A stretch of 38,304 nucleotides of DNA, taken from positions 1-38,304 of the forward strand of contig JBFRWD010000124.1 of the NCBI GenBank assembly GCA_051439425.1, written 5' to 3'. Origin of the DNA: Synechococcus sp. GTDB lineage: Bacteria; Cyanobacteriota; Cyanobacteriia; Thermostichales; PCC-7336. The notes under the pieces were generated by a model, which saw nothing but the letters and a program-made list of their open reading frames with translations, made no database searches and was not told the origin of the DNA. Position numbers and translations under genes: made by a program. Shown here one piece after another: positions 9,837 through 18,581 of the stretch (positions are counted from its first letter, which is position 1; every line of letters begins with the position of its first letter).

Positions 9837-11069
9837 TCAAGCAAATCCAGCCCGTTTACTAGCCTCCTTCAACGACACCGATCGCCCCGGCAACCCCACC
9901 CGCTCCATCTCCCGCTGCAACAACGCAAAAAACCGCTGCCGATCGCCCCCTCTCACCACTGCCAAATGATGCGCCTCCGCCAACACCACCGGATACCCCA
10001 TCCCCCGCCGCACCTGCATTAACAACCCCTCCAGCGCCAACCGTAGCAACTCAGCATCTTCCGCCACCCACTCCGGAAACTCCACCCGAGCAATCTCCTG
10101 CCCCACATTCAAGTAACAGAAATAAATCCTGTGGCGGCCATACGCCTCTAGTAACTTCACCTGACTGCGCCACAGCGGACTACGCTGCCCAGCTTCCAAC
10201 AATTGCGACCACAACACGGTATCCCCCAGCGATCGCGCCAGCCCCTTTTTCTTAGACTTCGCCTTTACCTTCTTTGACCTTGGCCGATCCGGCGTACAAG
10301 GAGCATCCCGCAACGTCCCCTCGCTGCAATGTACATTGCACTCGCAAGTGTCGAATGGACAGAGCCCCAACCGCAAAAAATTCATCATCTCCCCACTACG
10401 GCTAGAGCTGATGTAGCCCACAATCGGAATCCGCTTCTTGCGCAGCTTGTCGTAGCACTTCAACAGCGGGTCCATCCATTGCTGGTGATAGTCAGACGGC
10501 AGTGAATCCAACCCCCAGTGAATTAGCGCCCCGTCCGCCAACGCGATCGCCGGACAGCTCTTGCGATGCCATTCCAGCGCCAGCGCTGCCAGTTCTTCCA
10601 TCTCTGCCTGAGTTCGCCGCAGCGCCAAAATGGTCTCGACACTCACCCCTGCTGGACGTCCGCGATTGAGATCTTCAGAACGATAAAACACCTGCGGAGT
10701 ACTATCCAATAGCGGCAACCGCTGCCCGCTGTAGTCGATCGCGATCCGGCCCACGTTGACCAGCGAACAGTAGGCCACCTCGTGGTGGTTAGGGGTAATT
10801 TGCGAGCCATCGGTGGCGATCGCCACGTGCCCCGTTTCCAAAGGTTGAATCGAGACTTTGGTTGAAAGAGGCTCAACCGGAATCGCCGGATTAAACCATA
10901 AATGCTTGAGATCGCTATTCTGACGAGCTATCCACGGCTGAGGATTGGTACAAGCGGCTTCGTAAACTTCCAACACCCTCTGCAATCGGTTCTGACTAGC
11001 GATCGCCTCTTTCTGCAGGTGTTCCGCCACCGCCCCCATTTGGGCCGCCAATTTGATCGTGTCCAGCAT
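9837..11069 (-). CDS. nurA: NurA-domain DNA double-strand break repair nuclease
   Basis: IATDGSQI and ALADGALIHW acidic motifs, EIARVEFPEW and GYPVVLAEAHHLAVV. Confidence 0.88.
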   Translation of the reverse strand: MLDTIKLAAQMGAVAEHLQKEAIASQNRLQRVLEVYEAACTNPQPWIARQNSDLKHLWFNPAIPVEPLSTKVSIQPLETGHVAIATDGSQITPNHHEVAYCSLVNVGRIAIDYSGQRLPLLDSTPQVFYRSEDLNRGRPAGVSVETILALRRTQAEMEELAALALEWHRKSCPAIALADGALIHWGLDSLPSDYHQQWMDPLLKCYDKLRKKRIPIVGYISSSRSGEMMNFLRLGLCPFDTCECNVHCSEGTLRDAPCTPDRPRSKKVKAKSKKKGLARSLGDTVLWSQLLEAGQRSPLWRSQVKLLEAYGRHRIYFCYLNVGQEIARVEFPEWVAEDAELLRLALEGLLMQVRRGMGYPVVLAEAHHLAVVRGGDRQRFFALLQREMERVGLPGRSVSLKEASKRAGFA

Positions 11070-11179
11070 GCCAGCCTTCCGACGCTTTCGCCCAGCCTAT
11101 CCAACGGTCTGGGGAATCGGGTCGATTTCCTCGTTCCAAACGCCATATTCTGTGAGGGTGGGTCAATGGTGAGGATGTA

Positions 11180-12076
11180 GTGATGGCACGAGAGGCTTGG
11201 GACGAAATTGCCAGCCGTATGTCTGAAAAATTGGGGGCGTCGTTTGCGATCGCCAACATCCGCTCGATGGGGGGCGGCGCAGCCAATACGTCTCATCGGA
11301 TCGACGGCACCGTGGATGGAGAACAGCGATCGTTCTTTGCCAAGTTGGGATCTTTGGCTGAGTCAGAACGCTTTCGCACCGAAGCACTATCCCTCAAAGC
11401 CATGCACGACACTCACACTATTCGAGTGCCGGAGCCCATTTGCTGGGGGTCGCTCGATCGCTCCACCTATCTCGTCATGGATTTTTTGCAGTTAGGAGGT
11501 GCCCCAGCTGGTGGGCCAGAGAAGCTGGGGGAACAGTTGGCTGCTATGCATCGCCACACCAGCGATCAATTTGGGTGGGAATTGAACAATACGATTGGGG
11601 CGTCTCCGCAGCAGAACGGTTGGTCTTCTGATTGGATCGAGTTTTTTCAAGACAAGCGATTGGGGTTTCAGTTGCGGCTGGCGCGACGCAATGGTTATTC
11701 GGGTCGCTGGATGGATGATGCCGAACGGGTGATCGATCGCCTCCCCACTTTTTTCGATGGATACGATCCGGAGCCGTCAATTTTGCATGGGGATTTGTGG
11801 TCGGGCAATTACGGATATGACCGACAGGGGAACCCGGTGATTTTTGACCCGGCGCTGTATTACGGCGATCGCGAAGCTGACCTGGCGATGACCGAGCTAT
11901 TCGGTGGCTTTCCTGCCTCGTTTTATCGCAGTTACGATGCTGCTTTTCCGCTCGACCCCGGCTACTCTCGTCGCAAAATTCTCTACAACCTCTATCACCT
12001 GCTCAACCACTTGAATATCTTCGGGAGCAGTTACGTGGGTCAGGTACAGCGATCGATCGGGCAATTGTTGAGTTGA
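11180..12076 (+). CDS. Fructosamine/ketosamine kinase family protein
   Basis: FGWELNNTIGASPQQN, PSILHGDLWSGN, IFDPALYYGDREADLAMTELFGGF and LYNLYHLLNHLN. Confidence 0.93.
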   Translation: MMAREAWDEIASRMSEKLGASFAIANIRSMGGGAANTSHRIDGTVDGEQRSFFAKLGSLAESERFRTEALSLKAMHDTHTIRVPEPICWGSLDRSTYLVMDFLQLGGAPAGGPEKLGEQLAAMHRHTSDQFGWELNNTIGASPQQNGWSSDWIEFFQDKRLGFQLRLARRNGYSGRWMDDAERVIDRLPTFFDGYDPEPSILHGDLWSGNYGYDRQGNPVIFDPALYYGDREADLAMTELFGGFPASFYRSYDAAFPLDPGYSRRKILYNLYHLLNHLNIFGSSYVGQVQRSIGQLLS

Positions 12077-12198
12077 TGGCTTCGATTATTTCGGTTGTAT
12101 GGAACGGAGCGATCGCAACGTTCGACTTTCTAGAAGCGGTGGCGGTTCGCTGGATAGAATAAGACACTGCATTCCAGTTTCAACTCAGCTACGTCACT

Positions 12199-12951
12199 AT
12201 GTCTCAGAGTAAGTGGGCCAGTATTCGACTCCATAAGGCCAAGGCGGATGCCGCCAAGGGAGCCACTTACACCAAAATGTCGCGGGCTATCACCGTCGCA
12301 GCCAGACAGGGAGAGCCCGATCCCGAGTCGAATTTTGCGTTGCGGGCGGCGGTGCAGAAGGCAAAGGAAGCGGGGTTGCCGAATGACAATATCGAGCGGG
12401 CGATCGCGCGGGGCAGCGGTCTGCTCACTGATGGAGCTTTAGAGTCGCTGCGCTATGAGGGGTACGGCCCCGGCGGGGTGGCGATTTTGATGGACATCCT
12501 GACGGACAATCGCAATCGTACGGCGGCGGATGTGCGGGCAGCGTTTAACAAGATTGGCGGCAATTTGGGCGAGACGGGCTGCGTTAGCTATATGTTCGAG
12601 CAGAAGGGATTCATTCGTTTGAAGGGGGACGCGGATGATGAGGAACTGTTTATGGCGGTGGCGGAAGCTGGGGGGGATGACTTGATGGATGAAGACGGGG
12701 CGATGGCGGTGTGTGAGTTTACTCGTCTAGAAGAGGTGTCTTCTAGCCTTGAAGGGGCTGGGGTTGAGGTGGGGAGTTCGTCGATTCGGTGGGTGCCGAC
12801 GGTGGATGCGGCGATCGCTGAGCCGGATGTGGCGGTGAAGGTGGTGAAGCTGATCGACAAGTTAGAAAATCTGGACGACGTGCAGGCAGTATTTACGAAT
12901 TTTGCGCCGGATGATGCTTGTACTGAGGTGCTGGCAGCCACGGTGGGATAA
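12199..12951 (+). CDS. yebC: YebC/PmpR family protein
   Basis: SKWASI..K, NIERAI, YEGYGPGGVA, TDNRNRT and LENLDDVQAVFTN. Confidence 0.95.
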   Translation: MSQSKWASIRLHKAKADAAKGATYTKMSRAITVAARQGEPDPESNFALRAAVQKAKEAGLPNDNIERAIARGSGLLTDGALESLRYEGYGPGGVAILMDILTDNRNRTAADVRAAFNKIGGNLGETGCVSYMFEQKGFIRLKGDADDEELFMAVAEAGGDDLMDEDGAMAVCEFTRLEEVSSSLEGAGVEVGSSSIRWVPTVDAAIAEPDVAVKVVKLIDKLENLDDVQAVFTNFAPDDACTEVLAATVG

Positions 12952-13018
12952 CGGGCTAGGACTCGCGTAAGATTGCTGTGATTTCAGATTCTTGTTGTTC
13001 TCATCTAGCGAATACCCA

Positions 13019-14395
13019 ATGGCTTTGCCTGCTGACCGTGCCACAACTCTGAAGGAAGCTTACCGTGCTTGCAATGTTGTGGCGTTGGAGGGGGAGAAAC
13101 TGGAGCGCTATTACGTCGATTTGGGTGAGTTTCGCGAAACTGAGGCAGTTGCAGGAGTGAACTCGATTCTGGAATTTCAAGAGCCAGATCAGACAGGCAA
13201 GATTTTATTTGCAGGATCTTGCCGCGGCTGCGGCAAAAGTACGGAGCTGAAGCGAATTCAGCAAAGGTGGGAGAAGGAATACCAGGTGATTTACCTGGAG
13301 GTGAATGAGGAAACGGATATCAACACGGTCGGGTACGTGGATTTATATCTAATTGTTATTAAGCATGTGGAATTTACTTTACGACAGCTTGGACTCAAGT
13401 TCGATAGTCAGCTGAAAGAGAATTTTGAGAATTGGTTTAAGGAGATTACGAAGGAAACCGAGCAGACGGTGGAGTCCTCAGTCAGTGTGGAGGGGGAAGT
13501 TACGTTGGGGGCGGATGCTCCGTTTATTGCCAAGTTGTTGGTGAAGTTACTCTCGCAGATTAAAGGGGGAACGTCGCGACGGGAGACGATTCGACAGACT
13601 CTAGAATTGGATATTTCTCGATTAAAAACCGATATCAACTTGCTGCTGGCTGATGGAGGGAAGAAACTTCGAAAGAAGATTCAGAAAAACAAGGGATTTT
13701 TAATTATTTTCGACAATTTAGATCGTGTACCTCCAGAAGTGGGAGAAAGGCTGTTTTTTGACTATGCAAAGCAGTTACAAGAAATAAACTGTACGATCAT
13801 CTTTAATATACCAATTTCGGCAATGTGTTCCTGGCAAAATCTCAACAATACATTCGAATCTCCACATTTTTTGTCGATAGTGAATGTCTACCAATATGAT
13901 TCAAAAAAATGTGATTTAGATCATGATTCCAACGCTTTGCGAGCTTTGGCGAAACTAGTAGAGCAGCGAGTGGAAGTTGAGTCGGTTTTTTCGTCTCGAA
14001 ATGAATTAATGGAATTATTGAAGGCCAGTGGAGGACATCTGCGGCAGTTAATGCAGATGCTTCGTTCAGCTATTTTGGCGGCACGCGGACGAGAACATCA
14101 GAAGATTGAATCTGAAGATGTCGAATATGCAATTAATCAAGAACAGTTTGCATTTGAGAGGTTTATCCCTGATGAACATTATCCTATCTTAGCTCACACT
14201 TATTTGGAAAAGGATTTGCAAAAAAATGAAGCAGGGCCACTAATGTTGTATAACACTTCAGTATTGGAATATTACGGGAGAAATCGATGGAACTATCCTA
14301 ATCCAGTGGTAAGGCGAATTAACACTTTTAAACGAGCTCTTACAGATATTCAATCTGAAAATATCGAGAACCCTCAGTCTGCAAACCACAAGTGA
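13019..14395 (+). CDS. P-loop NTPase (cyanobacterial AAA/KAP-like ATP-binding protein)
   Basis: Walker A-like GSCRGCGKST, Walker B IIFDNLDR and SGGHLRQLM. ATG at 13019 preferred over TTG at 12992. AT-rich relative to flanks. Confidence 0.8.
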   Translation: MALPADRATTLKEAYRACNVVALEGEKLERYYVDLGEFRETEAVAGVNSILEFQEPDQTGKILFAGSCRGCGKSTELKRIQQRWEKEYQVIYLEVNEETDINTVGYVDLYLIVIKHVEFTLRQLGLKFDSQLKENFENWFKEITKETEQTVESSVSVEGEVTLGADAPFIAKLLVKLLSQIKGGTSRRETIRQTLELDISRLKTDINLLLADGGKKLRKKIQKNKGFLIIFDNLDRVPPEVGERLFFDYAKQLQEINCTIIFNIPISAMCSWQNLNNTFESPHFLSIVNVYQYDSKKCDLDHDSNALRALAKLVEQRVEVESVFSSRNELMELLKASGGHLRQLMQMLRSAILAARGREHQKIESEDVEYAINQEQFAFERFIPDEHYPILAHTYLEKDLQKNEAGPLMLYNTSVLEYYGRNRWNYPNPVVRRINTFKRALTDIQSENIENPQSANHK

Positions 14396-14620
14396 ATTTT
14401 GTTCACAAGCCAGCAGCTATTTACAACTATTTGAGTTTACTGATTTTCTTCCGGAGGTAAATGGAGCAATCAAAATATTGCAAGCCCATGCCAATTATTC
14501 GAATGTTTAGGTTTTCAAAGGGAATTATGGAGATTTTAGATATCTCTAACGCGCAAGTTCCAGAAATATTGCGCTCCTCCAACCTTGGGTTGGACAATAT
14601 CGCAAACTCTGGCTAGTTAC
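14391..14620 (+). pseudogene. Possible decayed 5' fragment of the ATPase's usual downstream partner gene
   Basis: Frame from 14391 reads SEFCSQASSYLQLFEFTDFLPEVNGAIKILQAHANYSNV*VFKGNYGDFRYL*RA, with in-frame stops and no ATG. It resembles (from recall) the N-termini of cyanobacterial ATPase-TPR partners. Confidence 0.35.
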
Positions 14621-14627
14621 CTTGCCG

Positions 14628-14996
14628 TTACCGATCGCCCCCCTGCTCCGCCATCTTGTGCAACAACCAATTCGCCGCCGTCGCCCGTCGTGTCTTCTGC
14701 GGCGTCAACTCGTGAATCTGATACCCCTGAAAGTTCAACTGCTCTTTCAATAGCTGCTTGTGCTCCTTCGGAATCGATCGCGTCAGCTTAATCGTCGCCG
14801 GACGACTGCCAATAAAATTCGGTGTCTCCATCTCGTTCCAGCCCTCATCCGCCGTAGACGCATCCCACGCATCATTCTCAGCGTCATAACTGTAATTCAG
14901 CGATCGCCACACCAGCGCATTCACCGTTTCATCATCCAACTCGTTATTTAGGATGGCCCACACCGTATCCGTATTTAAAGGAGGTAATTCCATCAT
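14628..14996 (-). CDS. DUF1823 family protein
   Basis: LPPLNTDTVWAIL, PNFIGSRPATIKLTRSIP, KQLLKEQL.F.GY and TRRATAANWLL. Confidence 0.85.
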   Translation of the reverse strand: MMELPPLNTDTVWAILNNELDDETVNALVWRSLNYSYDAENDAWDASTADEGWNEMETPNFIGSRPATIKLTRSIPKEHKQLLKEQLNFQGYQIHELTPQKTRRATAANWLLHKMAEQGGDR

Positions 14997-15031
14997 CGTT
15001 ACCGACGCCCTTTCACTCAGTCATTCAAACG

Positions 15032-15063
15032 AAAAAAGGGACCGAGAGCCATCCCCCAGTCCC
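15032..15063 (-). terminator. Intrinsic terminator after rplA
   Basis: Minus strand reads GGGACTGGGGG-ATGG-CTCTCGGTCCC-TTTTTT. Confidence 0.8.
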
Positions 15064-15115
15064 GATAAATTCACATTCAATCGCAATGCACTCAAACTCA
15101 AGGCAATGCTTGCAC

Positions 15116-15835
15116 CTATTCAGCGAGTGCTTCTACTTTCATATCCCGTAAAGAGCTAATGTCAATCTCAATCGACGGGCCCATCGTCGAGCACACGTAC
15201 ATCGAGCGCCAGTACTTACCTTTCGCACCAGACGGACGATGGCGATCCACCGCTTCTTGGAAGGTCTTCAAGTTGGTCAGCAAATCATCCGCAGAAAAGC
15301 TGGATTTGCCAAACAGGATATGAACGATACCGGAGCGATCGGCACGGAACTCTAATTTACCGCCCTTAAATTCATCGATCGCCTGGGCCAAATCGAAGGT
15401 CACAGTACCCGCTTTCGGCGAAGGCATCAGCTTACGGGGGCCGAGAATACGACCCAGCTTAGCCACCTGAGGCATCATGTCGGGGGTCGCGACCAAAATG
15501 TCGAAATCCAGCATGCCCTTGGAGATCTCATCGATCAGCTCCTCAGACCCCACAACATCAGCACCAGCCTGCTGAGCCTCATTCACCTTCTCACCGCGAG
15601 CAATCACACCCACCCGCACCGTCTGACCGGTACCCTTGGGCAGGACGACCGTGGTCCGTAACTGCTGGTCGGCGTACTTAGGATCGATGCCCAAACGTAC
15701 GTGCACCTCAGCCGCCTCGTCAAACTTAGCGGTGGCAGTTTCCTTCAACAGCTCCAGAGCCTCAAGAGCCTCGTAGGGTCTGTCTTCAACCTTCTTTGCC
15801 AGCGCTTCAAAGCGCTTGGAACCTTTCTTAGCCAT
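15116..15835 (-). CDS. rplA: 50S ribosomal protein L1
   Basis: [45 protein letters not shown] and STMGPS. Confidence 0.98.
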   Translation of the reverse strand: MAKKGSKRFEALAKKVEDRPYEALEALELLKETATAKFDEAAEVHVRLGIDPKYADQQLRTTVVLPKGTGQTVRVGVIARGEKVNEAQQAGADVVGSEELIDEISKGMLDFDILVATPDMMPQVAKLGRILGPRKLMPSPKAGTVTFDLAQAIDEFKGGKLEFRADRSGIVHILFGKSSFSADDLLTNLKTFQEAVDRHRPSGAKGKYWRSMYVCSTMGPSIEIDISSLRDMKVEALAE

Positions 15836-15842
15836 TTACAAA

Positions 15843-15882
15843 CTCCTTGGGGTGCAAGCAAGGGAATAACCCTCTCCCCCAG
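15843..15882 (-). promoter_or_regulatory. Putative L1 autoregulatory RNA site and RBS of rplA
   Basis: Minus strand GGGGGAGAGGG-TTATT-CCCTTGCTTGCACCCC-AAGGAG forms a stem with an asymmetric internal loop next to the SD, the position expected for L1 leaders preceding rplA. Confidence 0.55.
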
Positions 15883-15909
15883 ATGTATAAGATGTACGAA
15901 ATTCTAGAC

Positions 15910-16335
15910 TTACTCGGAAATGGTGACGCCCATATTACGAGCGGTACCGGCAATAATCCGCATTGCCATCTCAACATTGTTGGTGTTGAGGTCAGGCAGC
16001 TTGGTTTCAGCAATCTGACGCAGTTGATCTTGGGTGATAGACCCCACTTTCTCAGTGTGAGGAACCCCCGAGCCTTTCTCGATTCCAGCAGCCTTCTTGA
16101 TTAATACAGAGGCGGGAGGAGTCTTGAGGATAAAGGTGAAACTGCGGTCTTCGTAAACCGAAATTTCTACAGGAACAACGGTGCCAGTCTGGTCGGAGGT
16201 CTTGGCGTTGTACTCCTTGCAGAACATCATGATGTTCACCCCATGCTGACCCAACGCAGGGCCGATGGGAGGAGCCGGGTTGGCCTTACCGGCTTCGATG
16301 GCTAACTTGATTAGCGCGACAACTTTTCTGGGCAT
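15910..16335 (-). CDS. rplK: 50S ribosomal protein L11
   Basis: [36 protein letters not shown] and IAGTARNMG. Confidence 0.98.
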   Translation of the reverse strand: MPRKVVALIKLAIEAGKANPAPPIGPALGQHGVNIMMFCKEYNAKTSDQTGTVVPVEISVYEDRSFTFILKTPPASVLIKKAAGIEKGSGVPHTEKVGSITQDQLRQIAETKLPDLNTNNVEMAMRIIAGTARNMGVTISE

Positions 16336-16369
16336 GACGGGTTACTAAACGGCTGGATAAGGGGCGCAC

Positions 16370-16400
16370 AAAAAGCTCTGCAGAGAGGATTCTGCAGAGG
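16370..16400 (-). terminator. Terminator-like hairpin between nusG and rplK
   Basis: Minus strand reads CTCTGCAGA-ATCCTC-TCTGCAGAG-CTTTTT. Confidence 0.6.
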
Positions 16401-16455
16401 CTGTGGCAGAGTTTCGATTCACTAGCTCCCGAAACGGGAATTAGAATCAATAACC

Positions 16456-17073
16456 CTAGACTTCTTTTTCGACTTGGTTGAACTCCAGTTCTACCGGAGT
16501 ATCGCGACCGAAGATAGAAATCAGAGCCTTGAGCTTGCCCCGATCCGGACTGACTTCAATAACTTCTCCGTGGAAGCCTTGGAAGGGTCCAGACAAGACT
16601 TCGATCTTATCACCCTCTGCCATGTCTACCTGAACAGTTGTTTCTTCAACTTCAGCAGTCTTGAAGATTCGTTGTACTTCGGCAGCACTGAGGGGGCGGG
16701 GAACGACGTGACCGCGACCGCGACCCACCAGGCGGCGCTCTTCGTTACCCACAAAATTAATCACGTTGGGGGTGCTTTTCACCACCTGCCACGCTTCGTC
16801 GTCTAGCACCATGCGGACGAGCACGTAGCCAGGGAAAATCTTTTCTTGGATTTGTTGGCGCTTGCCATCTTTGCCCATCTTGTAGCCGGGGCGCTTGGGA
16901 ATCACCACTTCAATGATGCGATCCTGAACATCCAGCGCTACCGCCCGCTGCATCAACGTACTTTGCACCTTGTTTTCGCAGCCGGAGGCCACTTGCACGG
17001 TGTACCAGCGTTCGGGCTTCTTTTTTTCTACATGCTCATCTTCATGAGTATCGCGTTCGTCAACATCGACCAT
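16456..17073 (-). CDS. nusG: Transcription termination/antitermination factor NusG
   Basis: WYTVQVASGCE, KIFPGYVLVRM, TPNVINFVG, KOW motif GPFQGFHG and IFGRDTPVELEF. Confidence 0.98.
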   Translation of the reverse strand: MVDVDERDTHEDEHVEKKKPERWYTVQVASGCENKVQSTLMQRAVALDVQDRIIEVVIPKRPGYKMGKDGKRQQIQEKIFPGYVLVRMVLDDEAWQVVKSTPNVINFVGNEERRLVGRGRGHVVPRPLSAAEVQRIFKTAEVEETTVQVDMAEGDKIEVLSGPFQGFHGEVIEVSPDRGKLKALISIFGRDTPVELEFNQVEKEV

Positions 17074-17327
17074 AAATCTGCTCTCAGTGAGGATGTTCTG
17101 GATGCGTTCGGCCAGACCATTCTTGGCGACAATCTACTGTGGCTGAGATCTGTTGCGCAAGAGGTATGGTGTGCATCCATTGAAATCGCAGTTAGGCTGC
17201 GATCACTCCCAAGCCAGTCAAGCTATCTAACCCCGTCACGATATTCTCAGCCTATCGAACCCCTCAGCACGGTATTAGCAGAAAGTCGGTTTACGTAACC
17301 GGAGATCGACTGGGTGGGGTGACAATC

Positions 17328-17585
17328 TTATCCGAAGACTTGAGTGGAAATCCAGCCAAACAAGCGATCGATCAGAAAAATGAAGGAGGCAAATGCAACC
17401 ACAATCAGCAATACAGCCGTAGACTCGCTAATCAGTTGCTGACGCTCGGGCCAAGCCACTTTTTTGAGCTCGGCAAAGGTATTGGTGAAAAATCCCAAGG
17501 GGCCTGTTGCTTCTTTCTGTTCATCTACTTGGGACGAACCGCGCCGTGCGGGATCTTTGCGCTCGGTATTGTCACCTTTGGCCAT
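17328..17585 (-). CDS. secE: Preprotein translocase subunit SecE
   Basis: ELKKVAWP motif followed by one TM helix; lies between trnW and nusG. Confidence 0.95.
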   Translation of the reverse strand: MAKGDNTERKDPARRGSSQVDEQKEATGPLGFFTNTFAELKKVAWPERQQLISESTAVLLIVVAFASFIFLIDRLFGWISTQVFG

Positions 17586-17729
17586 ATTGCCTACCTCAAT
17601 GGAAGCCCTAACGTTGATAGTCTACAGAACCCGATAACGGGACCAGTGCCGAATTGAAACCCAAAAGGCCAACTGATGGCCCTGTCGCCTCAATCCTCCC
17701 ATCCTCGATCGTGCTTGGCTAAAAAGAAG

Positions 17730-17802
17730 CGCGCCCTGGAGGACTCGAACCCCCGACATTCGGTTTTGGAGACCGACGTTCTACCAACTGAACTAAGGAC
17801 GC
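17730..17802 (-). tRNA. trnW: tRNA-Trp (CCA), 3' CCA not encoded
   Basis: Reverse complement GCGTCCTTAGTTCAGTTGGTAGAACGTCGGTCTCCAAAACCGAATGTCGGGGGTTCGAGTCCTCCAGGGCGCG is a 73-nt cloverleaf with anticodon CCA. Confidence 0.97.
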
Positions 17803-18139
17803 CTGCGTGGAGGGGAGAGGATCCCCGGTGTAGGTTCACCGGCCTAACGAGCTGGACAGGCTCGAAGATGCCACTAAAATTGGCACTCGACCAGTCTATC
17901 AGTTACGGGTTCGTTCCCAACAGCTCAGACAGTGTCGCAAACATCCCGACCGATCGTCAACTGGCTAGCAAACTATATAGTCTGTCAGGCTTGCCATGGG
18001 TTGAAACCAAACTACGGACATTGCAGCAGGCCTGGGAGAAAGATAACTATCCACCGCTCTTACGCTGACAGAACACTACCTACAAGGATTTAGCGCTAAC
18101 TGCGAGCCTTAGGAATATCCGCCGCTAGAGTAGACATAG

Positions 18140-18576
18140 GAAAAGGAGGCGAGGCGATCGCGTCTAGGACACTAGATGAGGAAAGTCCGGGCTCCCAGAA
18201 GAACGCACCGCTGGAGAAACTTCCAGTGCGGGTGACCGTGAGGATAGTGCCACAGAAACATACCGCCGATGGCAGACCTGTCTTCCTTGGGAGATAGGGT
18301 ACGCACAGGTAAGGGTGCAAAGGTGGGGCGAAAGCTTAATGTAAGAGCCCACCAGCAATGTCGAGAGGCATTGGCTCGGTAAACCCCGGTGGGGAGCAAG
18401 GCCGCAGCAGCAGGACTATGGCTGTTCTTCGTCCCTGTCTGTTGGGCTATCGATATCTTTTCGGAGATGTGGGTAGCTGAGGTGCGCCGCCAGAGGTGGT
18501 CAGCAATGGCCATCCCAGATAGATGATTGCCGCTGCAGCGATGCAGTAACAGAACCCGGCTTATGTCCGCCTTTTC
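18140..18576 (+). ncRNA. rnpB: RNase P RNA (type A)
   Basis: Universal motifs GAGGAAAGTCCGGGCTC, AGTGCCACAGAAA, GGGTGCAA, GGTAAACCCC, GGAGCAAGG and ACAGAACCCGGCTTA. P1 ends GAAAAGG.../...CCTTTTC; TAGAGT -10-like hexamer at 18126. Confidence 0.97.
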
Positions 18577-18581
18577 TTTCT

